Positions 51,917-62,705 of a DNA stretch of 64,000 nt are shown here, in pieces (position 1 is the stretch's first letter; the number at the start of each line of letters is the position of its first letter). The stretch is taken from contig CAVVLX010000007.1 in assembly GCA_963749195.1 (NCBI GenBank), forward strand, positions 278,861-342,860, in the 5' to 3' direction. The DNA comes from an uncultured Thermoplasmata archaeon. GTDB lineage: Archaea > Thermoplasmatota > Thermoplasmata > Lutacidiplasmatales > UBA184. Below the pieces are notes generated by a model. It had not been told where the DNA came from. It saw nothing but the letters and a program-made list of their open reading frames with translations, and did no database searches. A program made the translations under genes and the position numbers.

Positions 51917-52255
51917 CTAGTTGGATACGGCGAGGGTGACGCCGAGAACGCGCTTCGCGAGCGCATTGATGCTCTCGACCTCGAACTCACCGGTCGGGGT
52001 CGGAACGAATACGACGAGAGGGGCGAGGGACGCATCCGCATGGGCTCGCTGCGCGTCCGAGAGGCGTGTCCGGATCGATTGGCTCGCGATGACGAGGTTG
52101 TAGCTCGAATCCCCAATGACGCGCTGGAACTCCGCAACCGACGTTTCGGGAGCGACCTCCACGACATCTTTTAGGCCGATCAGACGGAAGCCGATGGCGA
52201 GCTCCCGCTCGCCGAGTACTACGGTACGCCCTCCGGCGATCGGCTGTTCGGGCAC
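51917..52255 (-). CDS. atpF: A-type ATP synthase subunit F
   Basis: GFRLIGL, KRVLGV; directly upstream of atpA. Confidence 0.9.
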   Translation of the reverse strand: MPEQPIAGGRTVVLGERELAIGFRLIGLKDVVEVAPETSVAEFQRVIGDSSYNLVIASQSIRTRLSDAQRAHADASLAPLVVFVPTPTGEFEVESINALAKRVLGVTLAVSN

Positions 52256-52348
52256 GGCGTCATCGGCGGGGCCGCCGTCTATTTAACGCCTGCCCCGGGA
52301 CGGAGAGAAAGTGCGTCCCGCGACCTCCGAACCGACGGCCCCGGCACA

Positions 52349-52627
52349 CTACTTGTAGGTCGATTGATGAACGTGGCCCTCGTCGTCAGTGATCAGGATG
52401 CACTCGCCCTCACACTCGAAGAGGCACGCTTCGCAGACAATGCATTCCGGACCATTCACCGCGATCGATTTTTCCCCCCGAAACTGAAACTTCGCCGCGA
52501 CCGCGGCGTCGTCGATCAGATCCGGAAAACGGTCGCGTGGCTGCAAGTCGAATACGGCGACTGGGCAGACGTCCCGGCAGTGTGCGCATCCGGTACATCG
52601 CGCGAGTTCGACATCCACCAGGACCAT
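52349..52627 (-). CDS. 2[4Fe-4S] ferredoxin
   Basis: CTGCAHCRDVCP and CIVCEACLFEC. Confidence 0.9.
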   Translation of the reverse strand: MVLVDVELARCTGCAHCRDVCPVAVFDLQPRDRFPDLIDDAAVAAKFQFRGEKSIAVNGPECIVCEACLFECEGECILITDDEGHVHQSTYK

Positions 52628-52747
52628 TCGTCGCTCCTCGGGCGTCGTTCCATCGGGGCGGGCTATTTAGGATTTGGCCGGAATTCATCGGAGTTCGATG
52701 CCGAGATTCGCTCCGACTTCCGCGTGTAGTCACTGGCGGAGGCGGCA

Positions 52748-53857
52748 CTAGAGGAACTTTCCGGCGCGGATGACGGGAGTTCCGTCGATCGCGATCTCGG
52801 AGCCGGCGATCGAAAACCACGTAAAGAAATTCGATCCGTTGCTACCTTTGAGATTCCGGTTCCCCCCGATCTGCAGTGAAATGCTCCCCCCCTCGACGGT
52901 CTCCAAGTTGGGGACGTCCTCGACCGCCGGGTTCAGTCCGAATTTGAGAATGCTGGTACGGTCCTTGCCCGCCGTGCCGTTCTTGTACCGACGGGAAAAC
53001 TGTTCCTTTCCATACCCGAAGGAGTACGAGGTAAGCTTGCCGTCCGCGAATTCGAGCGCTCCCCCGGCGTGCCAGTTCCACCAGATATTGGTCCGGCGAT
53101 TGGCGTGGAAGCTCCCCTCCGCAGTCTTGGAGTCGAGGGCCACGTCGAGAGTTCCGGCGGGGATTTGCTGCAGCATGCCAGAGGGGGAGTCGCCCTTGTG
53201 GTATGGGCGGGGCCTCCCGTCAACCAACCGCGGAGGGACCCCGGCCAGGGCGACTTCCAGATCGGTGCCGTTGGGGTGGGTAATCCGAACCTTCCTCCCA
53301 TAGGCGAGCGCCTTGCCGAGCCGAGCCCCGCTCTTGGCCATCTCCTCCGGGTCGACGAGACAGGCCCCCAGCAGGCTTTCCTCCCACTGCGCCCAGTCCA
53401 CGCCCCACTTCCGGGCCCGACCCTCCGTTACGAACCCCTCGGTCATCCGCACTCCGCGGAGCCCCGCCTTCCGGGCGGCTGCATACCAGGGCCAGTTCCA
53501 AGCGAACGCATCGTCGAGGGCATCCTCGGTATCCTTCTCGATCCGGTCGGCGTCGCCCGGACCCCAGAAATTCACGTACACATCCGCAGCCTTCAGCGCC
53601 GCCCACTCCGGGGCGCTCGACTTGCCGAGAAGTTTGGCCTGCCCACGGTCGATCGCGCGCCACCACGCGTCCTCGTCGTTTTGGACGAGGAGGACCTTGC
53701 CGCCCACCCGGCGGACCTCATCGACCATCGCCGAGGCCATGGGCATCGTGTGGTCCCATGACTCGATGATCACGTTCTCTCCCGCTCGGACCTTGAGGTA
53801 CTTTGTCACGATGTTGCGGGCCGCGTCGCGCTGCAGCTTCGAGGGAGTTTCCGGCAT
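52748..53857 (-). CDS. M29 (thermophilic metalloprotease/aminopeptidase T)-like protein, metal ligands apparently lost
   Basis: LKVRAGENVII, ITHPNGTDL, IPAG, GLNP, IGGN..GSN fold motifs. Confidence 0.75.
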   Translation of the reverse strand: MPETPSKLQRDAARNIVTKYLKVRAGENVIIESWDHTMPMASAMVDEVRRVGGKVLLVQNDEDAWWRAIDRGQAKLLGKSSAPEWAALKAADVYVNFWGPGDADRIEKDTEDALDDAFAWNWPWYAAARKAGLRGVRMTEGFVTEGRARKWGVDWAQWEESLLGACLVDPEEMAKSGARLGKALAYGRKVRITHPNGTDLEVALAGVPPRLVDGRPRPYHKGDSPSGMLQQIPAGTLDVALDSKTAEGSFHANRRTNIWWNWHAGGALEFADGKLTSYSFGYGKEQFSRRYKNGTAGKDRTSILKFGLNPAVEDVPNLETVEGGSISLQIGGNRNLKGSNGSNFFTWFSIAGSEIAIDGTPVIRAGKFL

Positions 53858-54223
53858 GACCCGGGGTCGAAGTTGACGAGCCTACTTGTAACCCGTGCCA
53901 GAGGCAATGAAACGGTAGCCCATCGGCGCAACTCCTACTCCGCGTTCCGGCTCTCGCGTTACGAGGCGGGGGGGCCATTTGATTGGCTGTCCGCCGGCCC
54001 AATCGGATCCACTGGGTGCCCCATTCACGTCCCGCACCCTACGGGTGGACCTCGCACGAATCGACGGGTGCTCCCATGAACGGGACCAAACGCGATCCTT
54101 CGACCATTAGAATACCAGAGACGCACGACAACCGCGTACGACATTCGGCGGCCGAACCGAGCCGTCATCGTTCACAATTCGGGAACAGCTTAATCGCTCC
54201 CCCGGCGTCCCGAAGCCGGATCC

Positions 54224-54991
54224 GTGGGAGAGATCGCGATTGGAACGAGCGGGTGGGATTACCCGGAGTGGGTGGGGCGCGTCTATCCTCGGCATGGCTC
54301 GTCCGATAAGCTTCGGTACTACGCCGATCTGTTTCCGATCGTCGAGGTGAATTCGACCTTCTATCGACTGCCTCCTCCCTCAGTCGCCGCGAGCTGGGTC
54401 CGTCGGACCCCTGGCAAGTTCCGGTTTGCGCTCAAATTTCCCCAAACGATCACACACGAGCGGAAGCTGGTGGGGACCTCGGACGAGCTCCATCGCTTCC
54501 TCCAAGTGCTCGCGCCGATCCGCGAGGCCGGGAAATTTGCGGCTGCGCTCCTTCAGCTCCCGCCGTCCCTTCCGTTCGAGCGCGGAACGATTCGAGAGTT
54601 CTATGAGAGTATCCCGCCCGACCTCCGAGTCGCCGTCGAGTTCCGGGAAAAATCTTGGTTGGAACCTGCGTCGATCGAACTGTTACGCGAGTTCGGATTC
54701 GCTTATGTGGTGGTCGACGAACCCCACCTCCCGACCCGCCTCGAGCTGACAGCCCCCTTCAGCTACGTGCGCTGGCACGGTCACGGAACGACGATCTGGT
54801 ACGATTACACCTACTCGTCGGAAGAGCTTGCGACCTGGGTTCCGCGTCTGCGGACGCTCGCCGAACGGACGGAGGTCGTCTACGGCTTTTTCAACAATCA
54901 CTTCCGCGGCGATGCCGCCGTGAATGGGCAGTCCTTGGTCGAGCAGATGGGGCTCCCTCCGCCTCCTTGGAGTTCCCGGCTAAGCCCGTAG
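54224..54991 (+). CDS. DUF72 family protein
   Basis: IGTSGWDY, VEVNSTFY, LQLPPS, AVEFR, YVRWHG, FFNNH. Confidence 0.92.
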   Translation: MGEIAIGTSGWDYPEWVGRVYPRHGSSDKLRYYADLFPIVEVNSTFYRLPPPSVAASWVRRTPGKFRFALKFPQTITHERKLVGTSDELHRFLQVLAPIREAGKFAAALLQLPPSLPFERGTIREFYESIPPDLRVAVEFREKSWLEPASIELLREFGFAYVVVDEPHLPTRLELTAPFSYVRWHGHGTTIWYDYTYSSEELATWVPRLRTLAERTEVVYGFFNNHFRGDAAVNGQSLVEQMGLPPPPWSSRLSP

Positions 54992-55006
54992 CGTGGGCCG
55001 CGTCGC

Positions 55007-55211
55007 TCAGTACCTGGAGGAGCATCATGCGGCACTCTCGACAGCGGAATCCGGGGATGTAGACCATCCCAAAGGCATTGGGTTTCGCGACTTCGTCGCC
55101 CCCGAAGGCGAGGCGTGTCCGCTCGAGAAACCATTTCGATCCTTCGAACATCCCCCCGCTGCCGAGGAACCCCGGCGCCATCGGTTTCGAACAGTTCGGG
55201 CAATTCGGCAT
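55007..55211 (-). CDS. Small Zn-ribbon protein (probable 3' frameshift)
   Basis: CPNCSKPM..G...RCREC; natural end likely TGA at 55007, ORF track reads through into the DUF72 gene. Confidence 0.55.
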
Positions 55212-55474
55212 GAGTGCGCTGCCTCCTCGGGGATGTGAGGATCGGGTTTCGAACCGTGCGTGTCCAATAAGGTTTCTGCGGTCGAGTGCGTAGCGAGACA
55301 GTCTCTTCGACACGAAACGAATCGGTTCTCCCTTTCCACGGAAGGGGAGGGGCCGCGGCTCGACAGGGGGCGTCCATCCGTTCGAGAAGGGGAAACACCG
55401 GGCTGTCGGAGCGTTTCGCCTTCCCCTCTCCGGAGCTTTAGAGCGATCGACGGCCGTCGTGGAGGGAAGGCTCT

Positions 55475-56371
55475 ATGATCGCCGAAGTCGCCTCCCCATC
55501 ACCGGACGATTCCCTCTTTCTCGAGCCCCCGTTCATCGAGTCGGTACCACCCTCCCTTCCCTTTCCTCCCGAACGGGAGTTTCCCATCCTTCCGGCGGAT
55601 CGTCGACGGATTCGATTCGGTCCCTTGGCCCATCATCGGAAAACGTCCCGGTTCCTCCTTCCGTTGGCTCCTCCGCTCTTCCCATGGCTCGCCCGTCATC
55701 TCGCTCCCGGGGAGGCGACCCTCTGGATCGGACCTCCCGCCACCGTCGAGCGGATGTTGGAGACCTTGTACGCGGGAAATGCGTTGGTCCGAGGTCGCAT
55801 CTCGCTGATCGAAGGAAGAAACCAGTTCCATCCGTATCGCATTGGGGAACGCGGTCGGGCGCTCGGGATCGATCCCACGCTCGTCCTCGATCGGATTCGG
55901 TTGGCCCGAGCCTTCACCGCCTACCAGTTGGTGGCCTTGGTCGACGGATGGGCGGCAGAGCTCCGTCGCCATCCCCCCACGCTCTTGGTGGCCCACGACC
56001 TTCCAACCCTGTTCTTCACCGAAGAGGTACCCGGCGAGGAACGCGCTCCGCTCCTTCGCCACGTGGCCCAAACGCTCCGAGAGCTGCTGCGAGCGGTTCC
56101 CGTTCCGCTCGTGCTCACGCTCGACGGAGGTTTTGCGCGATTTCCCGGATTGCCGGACAACGGCCCGCGATTCGCCGACCTGCTGACCATCACGCCCCGC
56201 GCCGGGGCCACGGTCACGCTCCGGGCGCTCCGCGACGATGCACGACTGACGCTGGTTCCGCGTTCCCCGGACCAGCATGGAATGGACGAATTCGATTCCA
56301 CCACCACTCCGGAGGTGATCGCATGGGACGGACGGCCCCCACGTACCGGCAAGCGCTGGAAGAGCGGATGA
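55475..56371 (+). CDS. Inactivated RadA/RecA-like protein (PolB2-associated)
   Basis: IEGRNQFHPY, LDRIRLARAFTAYQL, no intact Walker A; first gene of the PolB2 cluster. Confidence 0.75.
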   Translation: MIAEVASPSPDDSLFLEPPFIESVPPSLPFPPEREFPILPADRRRIRFGPLAHHRKTSRFLLPLAPPLFPWLARHLAPGEATLWIGPPATVERMLETLYAGNALVRGRISLIEGRNQFHPYRIGERGRALGIDPTLVLDRIRLARAFTAYQLVALVDGWAAELRRHPPTLLVAHDLPTLFFTEEVPGEERAPLLRHVAQTLRELLRAVPVPLVLTLDGGFARFPGLPDNGPRFADLLTITPRAGATVTLRALRDDARLTLVPRSPDQHGMDEFDSTTTPEVIAWDGRPPRTGKRWKSG

Positions 56372-56598
56372 AACGGTGGGACGCGTTCGCCCGGTTGCTG
56401 ACGACGCCCGAAGAGCGTGCCGCGTTCGAGACGATCCGTCGGGGCGCACGACGGTACGCAGCCCAAGCGACGAACGTCGGGAGCCCCGATCTCTTGGAAT
56501 CGATCCTGCTCTCGGTCCTTCTCGACCTGGCGCGTCGGCTTCCGCCTCCCGGATCGGCCGACCCGCCGTCGCTCGGGGGATCCCCCCGGGCCGGGTAG
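56323..56598 (+). CDS. arCOG07300-like small helical protein
   Basis: MGRTAPTYR...WDAFARLL...ESILLSVLL; GGAGGTGA SD; lies between iRadA and PolB2. Confidence 0.75.
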   Translation: MGRTAPTYRQALEERMKRWDAFARLLTTPEERAAFETIRRGARRYAAQATNVGSPDLLESILLSVLLDLARRLPPPGSADPPSLGGSPRAG

Positions 56599-58914
56599 GT
56601 GTCCGATCGTTGGCTGCTTGACATCACCGAGGGGCAGGACGGCCGCACGGTGGTGCTCTGGACGAAGGACGGTTCGACCGGCCGAGTGGAACGTACCGCG
56701 GTCCCGTATCGTCCCCCGTTTTGGATCGGCGGGAGCCGGAACGACCTCCACGCACTCCTACCGGAATTACAGAAGATCGCGGGGGTCGATCGGGTGGAGT
56801 GGCGGACCGCCCGCCCCTCGCTCTTCGATGCCCATCGACGCCGTCAGCTCGTCGTGACCCCCACACAGAATTTTCAGCGACGCCGGATCGCGACGGCCGT
56901 TGACGCGCTCGGGGAGTATCATCGGTTCACGCTCTACGACGTCGATCTCACGCCGCCGCAGCTCTACCATCTCGAACATGACCTCTATCCGTTCGCGCCC
57001 GTCGAGGGAATCGGAGACCGGCTCCGGGCAACGGAGCCGGCCGAGACCATCGACTATGCCGTTCCGCCGTTGCGGGTCGCATCGCTGTCGATCGCCGTCG
57101 AAGGTCGACGCGGCGCGCTCGTGCCGTCGGACGGTCAGATCACCTCGATCCGCGTGGGGGAGGCCACCCTCGAAGGGCCCGAGGAGGAGCTCCTCGGGGA
57201 GCTCGTCCGGGAGCTCGCCCGCAGCGATCCGGATCTGCTGTTGACCGATGGCGGCGACGGGTTCGACCTTCCGTGGTTGTACCGACGAGCGGCCGCGGGA
57301 GGACGTCGCGGGTCGGAATTCTATCTGGGCCGGGAGCCCGCCTCGTTCCGGCCGGCCCGAGCCGCGCGATCGTACGAGAGTTACGGGCGGGTCGAACACC
57401 GAGCCGCCTCGTTTCCCCTGCCCGGACGGTTCCACGTCGATCGGGAGAATTCGTTCCTCTTCGACGATACCTCCGTCGATGGCTTGATCGACGCAGCGCG
57501 GCTCTCGCGCCTCTCGCTCCAGACCGTCGTCCGTCAATCGCCGGGGACCTGTTTCACGGCGATGGAGATGGCGCATGCCCGGGCAGAAGGGATTCACATT
57601 CCCTGGAAGAAAAACCGGCCGGAGGAATTCAAGAGCGGGACCCGACTGGTCGAGGCGGACCGCGGCGGGGTGATCTTCCTGCCCCCGGTCGGGGTCCATG
57701 ACCACGTCGACGAGTTCGATTTCGCGAGCCTGTATCCGCACATCATGGTCCGTAAGAACCTCTCGACCGAGACGCTCGAGTGTCGGTGCTGTCCGAACAG
57801 CCCGACCGTCGCCCCTGGCCTCGGCTATCGGTCGTGTGTGCGTCGGGTGGGTCTGATCCCTCGAACGCTCGCCCCGCTACTCGCCCGCCGGCTCGCGTAC
57901 AAAGCGGCGGCGAAACGTCCGGGAACCGCTCCGGCGGAACGCACGCGCTTGCTCTATCGCGTGAAGATGCTCAAATGGATCCTCGTCACCGCGTTCGGCT
58001 ATCAGGGATACCGAAACGCTCGCTTCGGGCGGATCGAATGCCATGAAGCGATCAATGCGTACGCGCGAGCGTTGCTGACCGAGTTCGTCGAGGCGGCCGA
58101 GCAAGACGGGTATCGTGTCGTCCACGGGATCGTCGATTCGCTCTGGCTTCGTCCCGATCCGACACGCGCAGAAACGGATGCGTCCGCGTTCGCCGATCGG
58201 ATGAGCCGACGGTTCGATTTGCCGTTAGGGTACGAGGGCCGGTATCGCTGGATCGTCTTTCTGCCGGCGGTGACGCATGGGCTCGGCGTGCCGAACCGCT
58301 ACTACGGACGGTACGAGAGCGGGGAGTTCAAACTGCGCGGCATCGGCGCGCGCCGCCACGATACGACGCGGTTCGTACGTCGCTTCGAGGCCGAGGTCCT
58401 GGAATTGCTCGGTCGGTCGCCGGATGCCGCCAGCGTTCGGGCAGCGATCCCGCGAGCCGTGGCGCGCGCGGACCTCTTCGCGCGAGCGCTGAAGGAGGGA
58501 AGCTGGCCGGTCGAGGAACTCGTCATCACGCATCGGGTCGGCAAAGCGCCCGCGGAGTTCGTGACGTTTACCGATTCCGTCGCGGCGCTCCGTCAACTCG
58601 CCGCGCGCGGAGCCGATCGGGCGGCGGGGGAGTACGTGCGGTATGTGCTGCTCGATCGCCGATCCCGGTCGTGGCGAAATCGCGTACGCGTCTTCGAGCT
58701 GCTCCGAGGAGACGAGCGCTACGATACGGCCGCGTACCTGGAGCTGCTCGCCCGGGCCGCCGAAACGCTCCTCGCGCCGTTCGGCATCGACCGGAAGTAT
58801 CTGAGCGATCGTTGGGGGATGGAAAAAGGGCCGGGACGGGCCGGGTTCCGAACGGCGGAGCTGCTGGGCCAACGCGTGCTACCGGAGTCTCCATTGGACC
58901 CGGGGACGTTTTAG
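56599..58914 (+). CDS. Family B DNA polymerase, PolB2 group
   Basis: DFASLYP, KWILVTAFGY, motif C altered to HGIVDS, KLRGI. Confidence 0.9.
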   Translation: MSDRWLLDITEGQDGRTVVLWTKDGSTGRVERTAVPYRPPFWIGGSRNDLHALLPELQKIAGVDRVEWRTARPSLFDAHRRRQLVVTPTQNFQRRRIATAVDALGEYHRFTLYDVDLTPPQLYHLEHDLYPFAPVEGIGDRLRATEPAETIDYAVPPLRVASLSIAVEGRRGALVPSDGQITSIRVGEATLEGPEEELLGELVRELARSDPDLLLTDGGDGFDLPWLYRRAAAGGRRGSEFYLGREPASFRPARAARSYESYGRVEHRAASFPLPGRFHVDRENSFLFDDTSVDGLIDAARLSRLSLQTVVRQSPGTCFTAMEMAHARAEGIHIPWKKNRPEEFKSGTRLVEADRGGVIFLPPVGVHDHVDEFDFASLYPHIMVRKNLSTETLECRCCPNSPTVAPGLGYRSCVRRVGLIPRTLAPLLARRLAYKAAAKRPGTAPAERTRLLYRVKMLKWILVTAFGYQGYRNARFGRIECHEAINAYARALLTEFVEAAEQDGYRVVHGIVDSLWLRPDPTRAETDASAFADRMSRRFDLPLGYEGRYRWIVFLPAVTHGLGVPNRYYGRYESGEFKLRGIGARRHDTTRFVRRFEAEVLELLGRSPDAASVRAAIPRAVARADLFARALKEGSWPVEELVITHRVGKAPAEFVTFTDSVAALRQLAARGADRAAGEYVRYVLLDRRSRSWRNRVRVFELLRGDERYDTAAYLELLARAAETLLAPFGIDRKYLSDRWGMEKGPGRAGFRTAELLGQRVLPESPLDPGTF

Positions 58915-58937
58915 GGAGTTCGCCGCGTGCCTCCAAC

Positions 58938-60449
58938 GTGCCCCCGGTCAAAAATCGGTCCAAAGCCAAATCGCGCATCCACTCTCGGAAGAAAAAGTCG
59001 CGCGCCCGCCCCGCCGCCGAGCCCCGATCCCTGGCCAATCAGCTGGCCGGGTTGCGTCAGCTGGCCTTGGATGGCCGGACAACCGATCCGCAGATGCTCC
59101 TCGCCGCACTCTCTGACCCGCTCGCCGTCGTCCGGCAAACGGCCGCGATCGCGCTGGGGATGCTGAAGGAACCCCGGGGCCGCGGCGCTCTGGAGGTCAG
59201 CCTCTCGGATCCGGATGCGTCCGTGCGCGCGAGCGCAGCCGAGGCGCTCGGGGGGATCGGCCACGTCGAGAGCCACGTTTGGATCGAGCCGCTGTTGGTG
59301 GATCCCGTCGCCATCGTCCGCGAGCATGCGGCGTGGGCGCTCGGTCTTCTCGGTTCGGCGGATTCGGGGGAGCCGTTGGCGAAGTGCGTCCGCGATCCGG
59401 ATGTCGCGGTGCGACGGAGTGTCGCCGCCGCGTTGGGACGAATCGGAAGCGATGCGGCCGCCAACGGTCTTCGCAGGCTCCTCGCCGATCCCAACGACCG
59501 GGTCCGCCGAGAAGCAGTCCTGGGGTTGGGGACGTTCGACCAACCCGGACTCCGAGAGATCGTCCGACCGCTCTTGAACGACCCCTCCCGCCGAGTGCGC
59601 GTGGCGGCGGCACTGGTCGCCGGCCGTTTCCGCGACCGAAAAGCAGTCGACACGATCATCGAACGCCTGAACCAGCCCGCGATCTGGGAGAAGCCGGCGA
59701 TGCTCATCGCCCTCGGACGGATCGGCGACGCGCAAGCGATCCCCGTCCTACTGGCGGCCGCGGGAGATCCCTCGCACTCGGTTCGGGTTTGCGCCCTCCA
59801 TGCACTCGGGGAAATGCGCGCGGAGGCGGCGCGTCCCATCGCGCGGGATCGGCTCGTCGATTCAGCATGGCCGGTGCGAGGCGCCGCGGCGATCTGCTTG
59901 GGAGCGGTCGGAGGCCCGGAGGATCTGAACATTCTTTTAGAACGGCTGGAGGACTCCCACCCGTGGCCTCAGCGCGGAGCGATCTATGCGCTCGGACAGC
60001 TGGGGTTGGCGGCGGCCGCTCCTCGAATCCGGGAGGAGCTCCGGCATCCGGATCCCGAAGTCCGACTGGCAGCCATTTGGGCCCTCGGCCGCCTTCAAGA
60101 TGACGGCGCCCGGGAGCTCCTCGTCACCCTCCTACGTCAGATCGACCCCACGCTCCGTCGCGGCATGCTCGGTCCGCTGGCGTCGTCGGGCTCCGGGGTT
60201 GAGACGGATGCCGCCGATCGGTGCTTCGATACGGTCGTCCAGGCGCTCGGGCGATTGGGACCGGGAGACGAAGATCCGTTCGTCGCCCGTGCGTTGCTCG
60301 AGGCCCGCGCCCGAGTTCCGGAAGAGGAACTCGACCGTCCCGCGCGGTTGCCGGGTCCTGAGCTCACGCCGGGCCGACCCCCGCTCTCGCTGCGGATTCT
60401 CTTCGAGAGCGCGCTCCCGGCGTCGGCGCATGAGGATGAAATTGGATGA
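58938..60449 (+). CDS. HEAT/PBS-lyase repeat protein
   Basis: About 10 repeats of L-x-D-P-x-x-x-VR-x-x-AA-x-ALG; start uncertain. Confidence 0.88.
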   Translation: MPPVKNRSKAKSRIHSRKKKSRARPAAEPRSLANQLAGLRQLALDGRTTDPQMLLAALSDPLAVVRQTAAIALGMLKEPRGRGALEVSLSDPDASVRASAAEALGGIGHVESHVWIEPLLVDPVAIVREHAAWALGLLGSADSGEPLAKCVRDPDVAVRRSVAAALGRIGSDAAANGLRRLLADPNDRVRREAVLGLGTFDQPGLREIVRPLLNDPSRRVRVAAALVAGRFRDRKAVDTIIERLNQPAIWEKPAMLIALGRIGDAQAIPVLLAAAGDPSHSVRVCALHALGEMRAEAARPIARDRLVDSAWPVRGAAAICLGAVGGPEDLNILLERLEDSHPWPQRGAIYALGQLGLAAAAPRIREELRHPDPEVRLAAIWALGRLQDDGARELLVTLLRQIDPTLRRGMLGPLASSGSGVETDAADRCFDTVVQALGRLGPGDEDPFVARALLEARARVPEEELDRPARLPGPELTPGRPPLSLRILFESALPASAHEDEIG

Positions 60450-61384
60450 TCCGCGATTTCCGCCGGTCCGACGGGCCGGCGTACTTCCGATTGTTGACCG
60501 AGCACTTCCCCGAAGAGGAGAAAGTGCTCGGCATGCGCCCCGATGCGTTCGAACGGATCGTCCGACGGATGTATCGCTGGGACGTCCGACTGATCGTCGG
60601 ACTCGCCCGGATCTTCGGACGCCCGATCTTTCGACTGTTTGTGATCGAGGAGTCGGGGACCCTCGCGGCCTCGTCGCTGCTAACCTTCAGTGGGCCGAGC
60701 GGGTACATCAGCTCGGTCGTCGTCGACGTCCCGTTCCGACGACAGGGATTGGCCCAGCAATTGCTTGCGACCTGCCGAGAGGCCACCCGGAAAAGCGGCC
60801 GGAAGTACGTCGCCCTCGACGTGCTGGTCGAGAATGCGCCCGCCCGAGCCTTGTACGAACGGGAAGGGTTTCATTCGATCCGGGAGCAGGTCTTCTGGGT
60901 CCATGAACAACCCTCCGCGTTGACCCTGAGTCGCGACTCCGCGCTAGGTAGCTTTCGGATCTTCCGACGTTCGGATGCCCGGGCGCTCGCCCAGATCGCC
61001 GCGGCTCAGAACGCCGCGCCCGTCAATGAGATACTGCCGGTGACTCCCGGCAGCTTCACCCCTCCCGAGTTCATCGAGTCCGCCCTCCTGTCTCACGGAG
61101 TCGCGTGGGTGCTGACGGACGACGAACGCCCGGTGGGTTATCTTCGCGCCTCCGTCAGTCAGGCGATGGACGCCGGCCACCTATCGAATCCCTTGTTCGC
61201 CCGGGAGGTCGATCCCGAACGGGCGGCGGCCATGGTGGCGTTCGCGGGACGATGGATCGCCCGAGAAGGAGCTCAACGCATCGCGTCGTCCGTCCCCATC
61301 GATAATGCACCGGGACAGGCGGCGCTCGCGGCGGGAGGGTTCCACGAAGCATTCCGGAGCCTTACACTCTACCGGTCGGCGTGA
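60446..61384 (+). CDS. Tandem GNAT acetyltransferase
   Basis: VVVDVPFRRQGLA, NAPARALYEREGF, second degenerate GNAT domain. Confidence 0.85.
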   Translation: MIRDFRRSDGPAYFRLLTEHFPEEEKVLGMRPDAFERIVRRMYRWDVRLIVGLARIFGRPIFRLFVIEESGTLAASSLLTFSGPSGYISSVVVDVPFRRQGLAQQLLATCREATRKSGRKYVALDVLVENAPARALYEREGFHSIREQVFWVHEQPSALTLSRDSALGSFRIFRRSDARALAQIAAAQNAAPVNEILPVTPGSFTPPEFIESALLSHGVAWVLTDDERPVGYLRASVSQAMDAGHLSNPLFAREVDPERAAAMVAFAGRWIAREGAQRIASSVPIDNAPGQAALAAGGFHEAFRSLTLYRSA

Positions 61385-62681
61385 GCCCAGCCCGCTCCGT
61401 CGTCGCTCCGGACTGGATATCTACCTCCTTCCGGCGGTCGTCGGCGGGGGACTCGGGGACATTGAAGAGGTATTGTGTGCGGGCCGTCGGCTCGCCGCCA
61501 GCGGATTTTCCCTTCGCCTGCTCCGGGCTCGAAGTCGGCCGCTTCCTCCCGCGGTGGCCGGTCCTTGGGAGTGGCCCCCCTTTCGACGGGTGGAACGGCT
61601 TGACGACGGCGGAGGGGGCGCGCTCACCCTCAGCGCCGGGTGGGGGACAGCCGCGGCCCCCGCTCGAGACGAGCCGTTTGGTCGTGCCGGTCCTTGGGCG
61701 AAAGAGTGTGGGCAAATCGAAGACTTCTACGGCGCCGACCGAACGGTGCACGTCAGTTTCGAAGAGTTCGCCCGAACGTTGACCAGTCGAAAACAAACCG
61801 CGGAACGCTGGCGGGAAGGCGGACTCACCACCGCGACGATTCGTCGACGACTGCGGGAGCAGGGGCCGGCCGAGATTGCACAATTCGACCGAGCGTACCG
61901 AAAGTTCCGGGCCTTCGAACGATCGAATGTGCTCCACCTCTATACCACGTTTCGGTATGACGCGACATTCGCCCGCACGTTTCCAGAATCGGTGCAGACC
62001 GGGCCGCTCTGGCCGAGGATCGCGTGGCCTTCTCGCGCACTGACAGGTTCTCGTCCCACCTGGGTGTGGTATGCGAGTCCGTCCACCTCCACGCGGTTGA
62101 TCCCCGCGCTGAACGCCGGTTTGTCGACGGCCGTTCCGGTTCCCAAGCTCGTCATTCGTACCCCCTGGCCGATCGGTCGGGTGGCTCCCCAGCGAAACGT
62201 CACCGTTCTCCTGGGGCCGATGAGGCCCGAGCGTTGGCGTCGGCAGTTTGCCTCCGCACAGGTACGGATTGTGACCGGAAGTCGTACCTTACTGGAAGGG
62301 CTGGAGCTCGGAGGTCCCTTCCTCTACTTCAACGGGCTCCTGGGCTCCGGTCCCGCCGCCCGCCGACACCGACCGGAGAAGATCGCGTCGTTGCTCCGTC
62401 TCTGGGCGTCGCAGGGAGTATCCCGCGCGTTGCGAAGGGACCTCTCCGATTTTGCTCGCGGCCGTCGCGTGAGCGACGTGGCGCGCCGGGCCGCGAGCGG
62501 GCGCGGCCCGTGGAAGCGATTCCCCCGCCGAGTGCGGCCAATCGGATTCCGACCCCCGTACGACGATGCCGGAGCGCTGTTGATCGAAGTCGCCCGCCAA
62601 TTGCGGCGAGATCCGGGCGCGGCCGCCGCGCTCGTGTCTCGAGTTCGCGCCCGAACGCTTTCCGTCGCGACGAAGGCTTAA
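61381..62681 (+). CDS. Hypothetical protein, possibly GT-B fold; probable 5' frameshift near 61410
   Basis: GGGLGDI N-terminal loop, VTGSRTLLEGL..GGP C-terminal motif. Confidence 0.5.
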
Positions 62682-62705
62682 GCCGGAACCTTTCTCGGGT
62701 CTCGC

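Noticed and set aside
53870-54215. About 350-bp intergenic region as SRP or RNase P RNA
   Set aside because: No recognisable conserved SRP helix 8 or RNase P P4 motifs; could be divergent promoters or a decayed ORF
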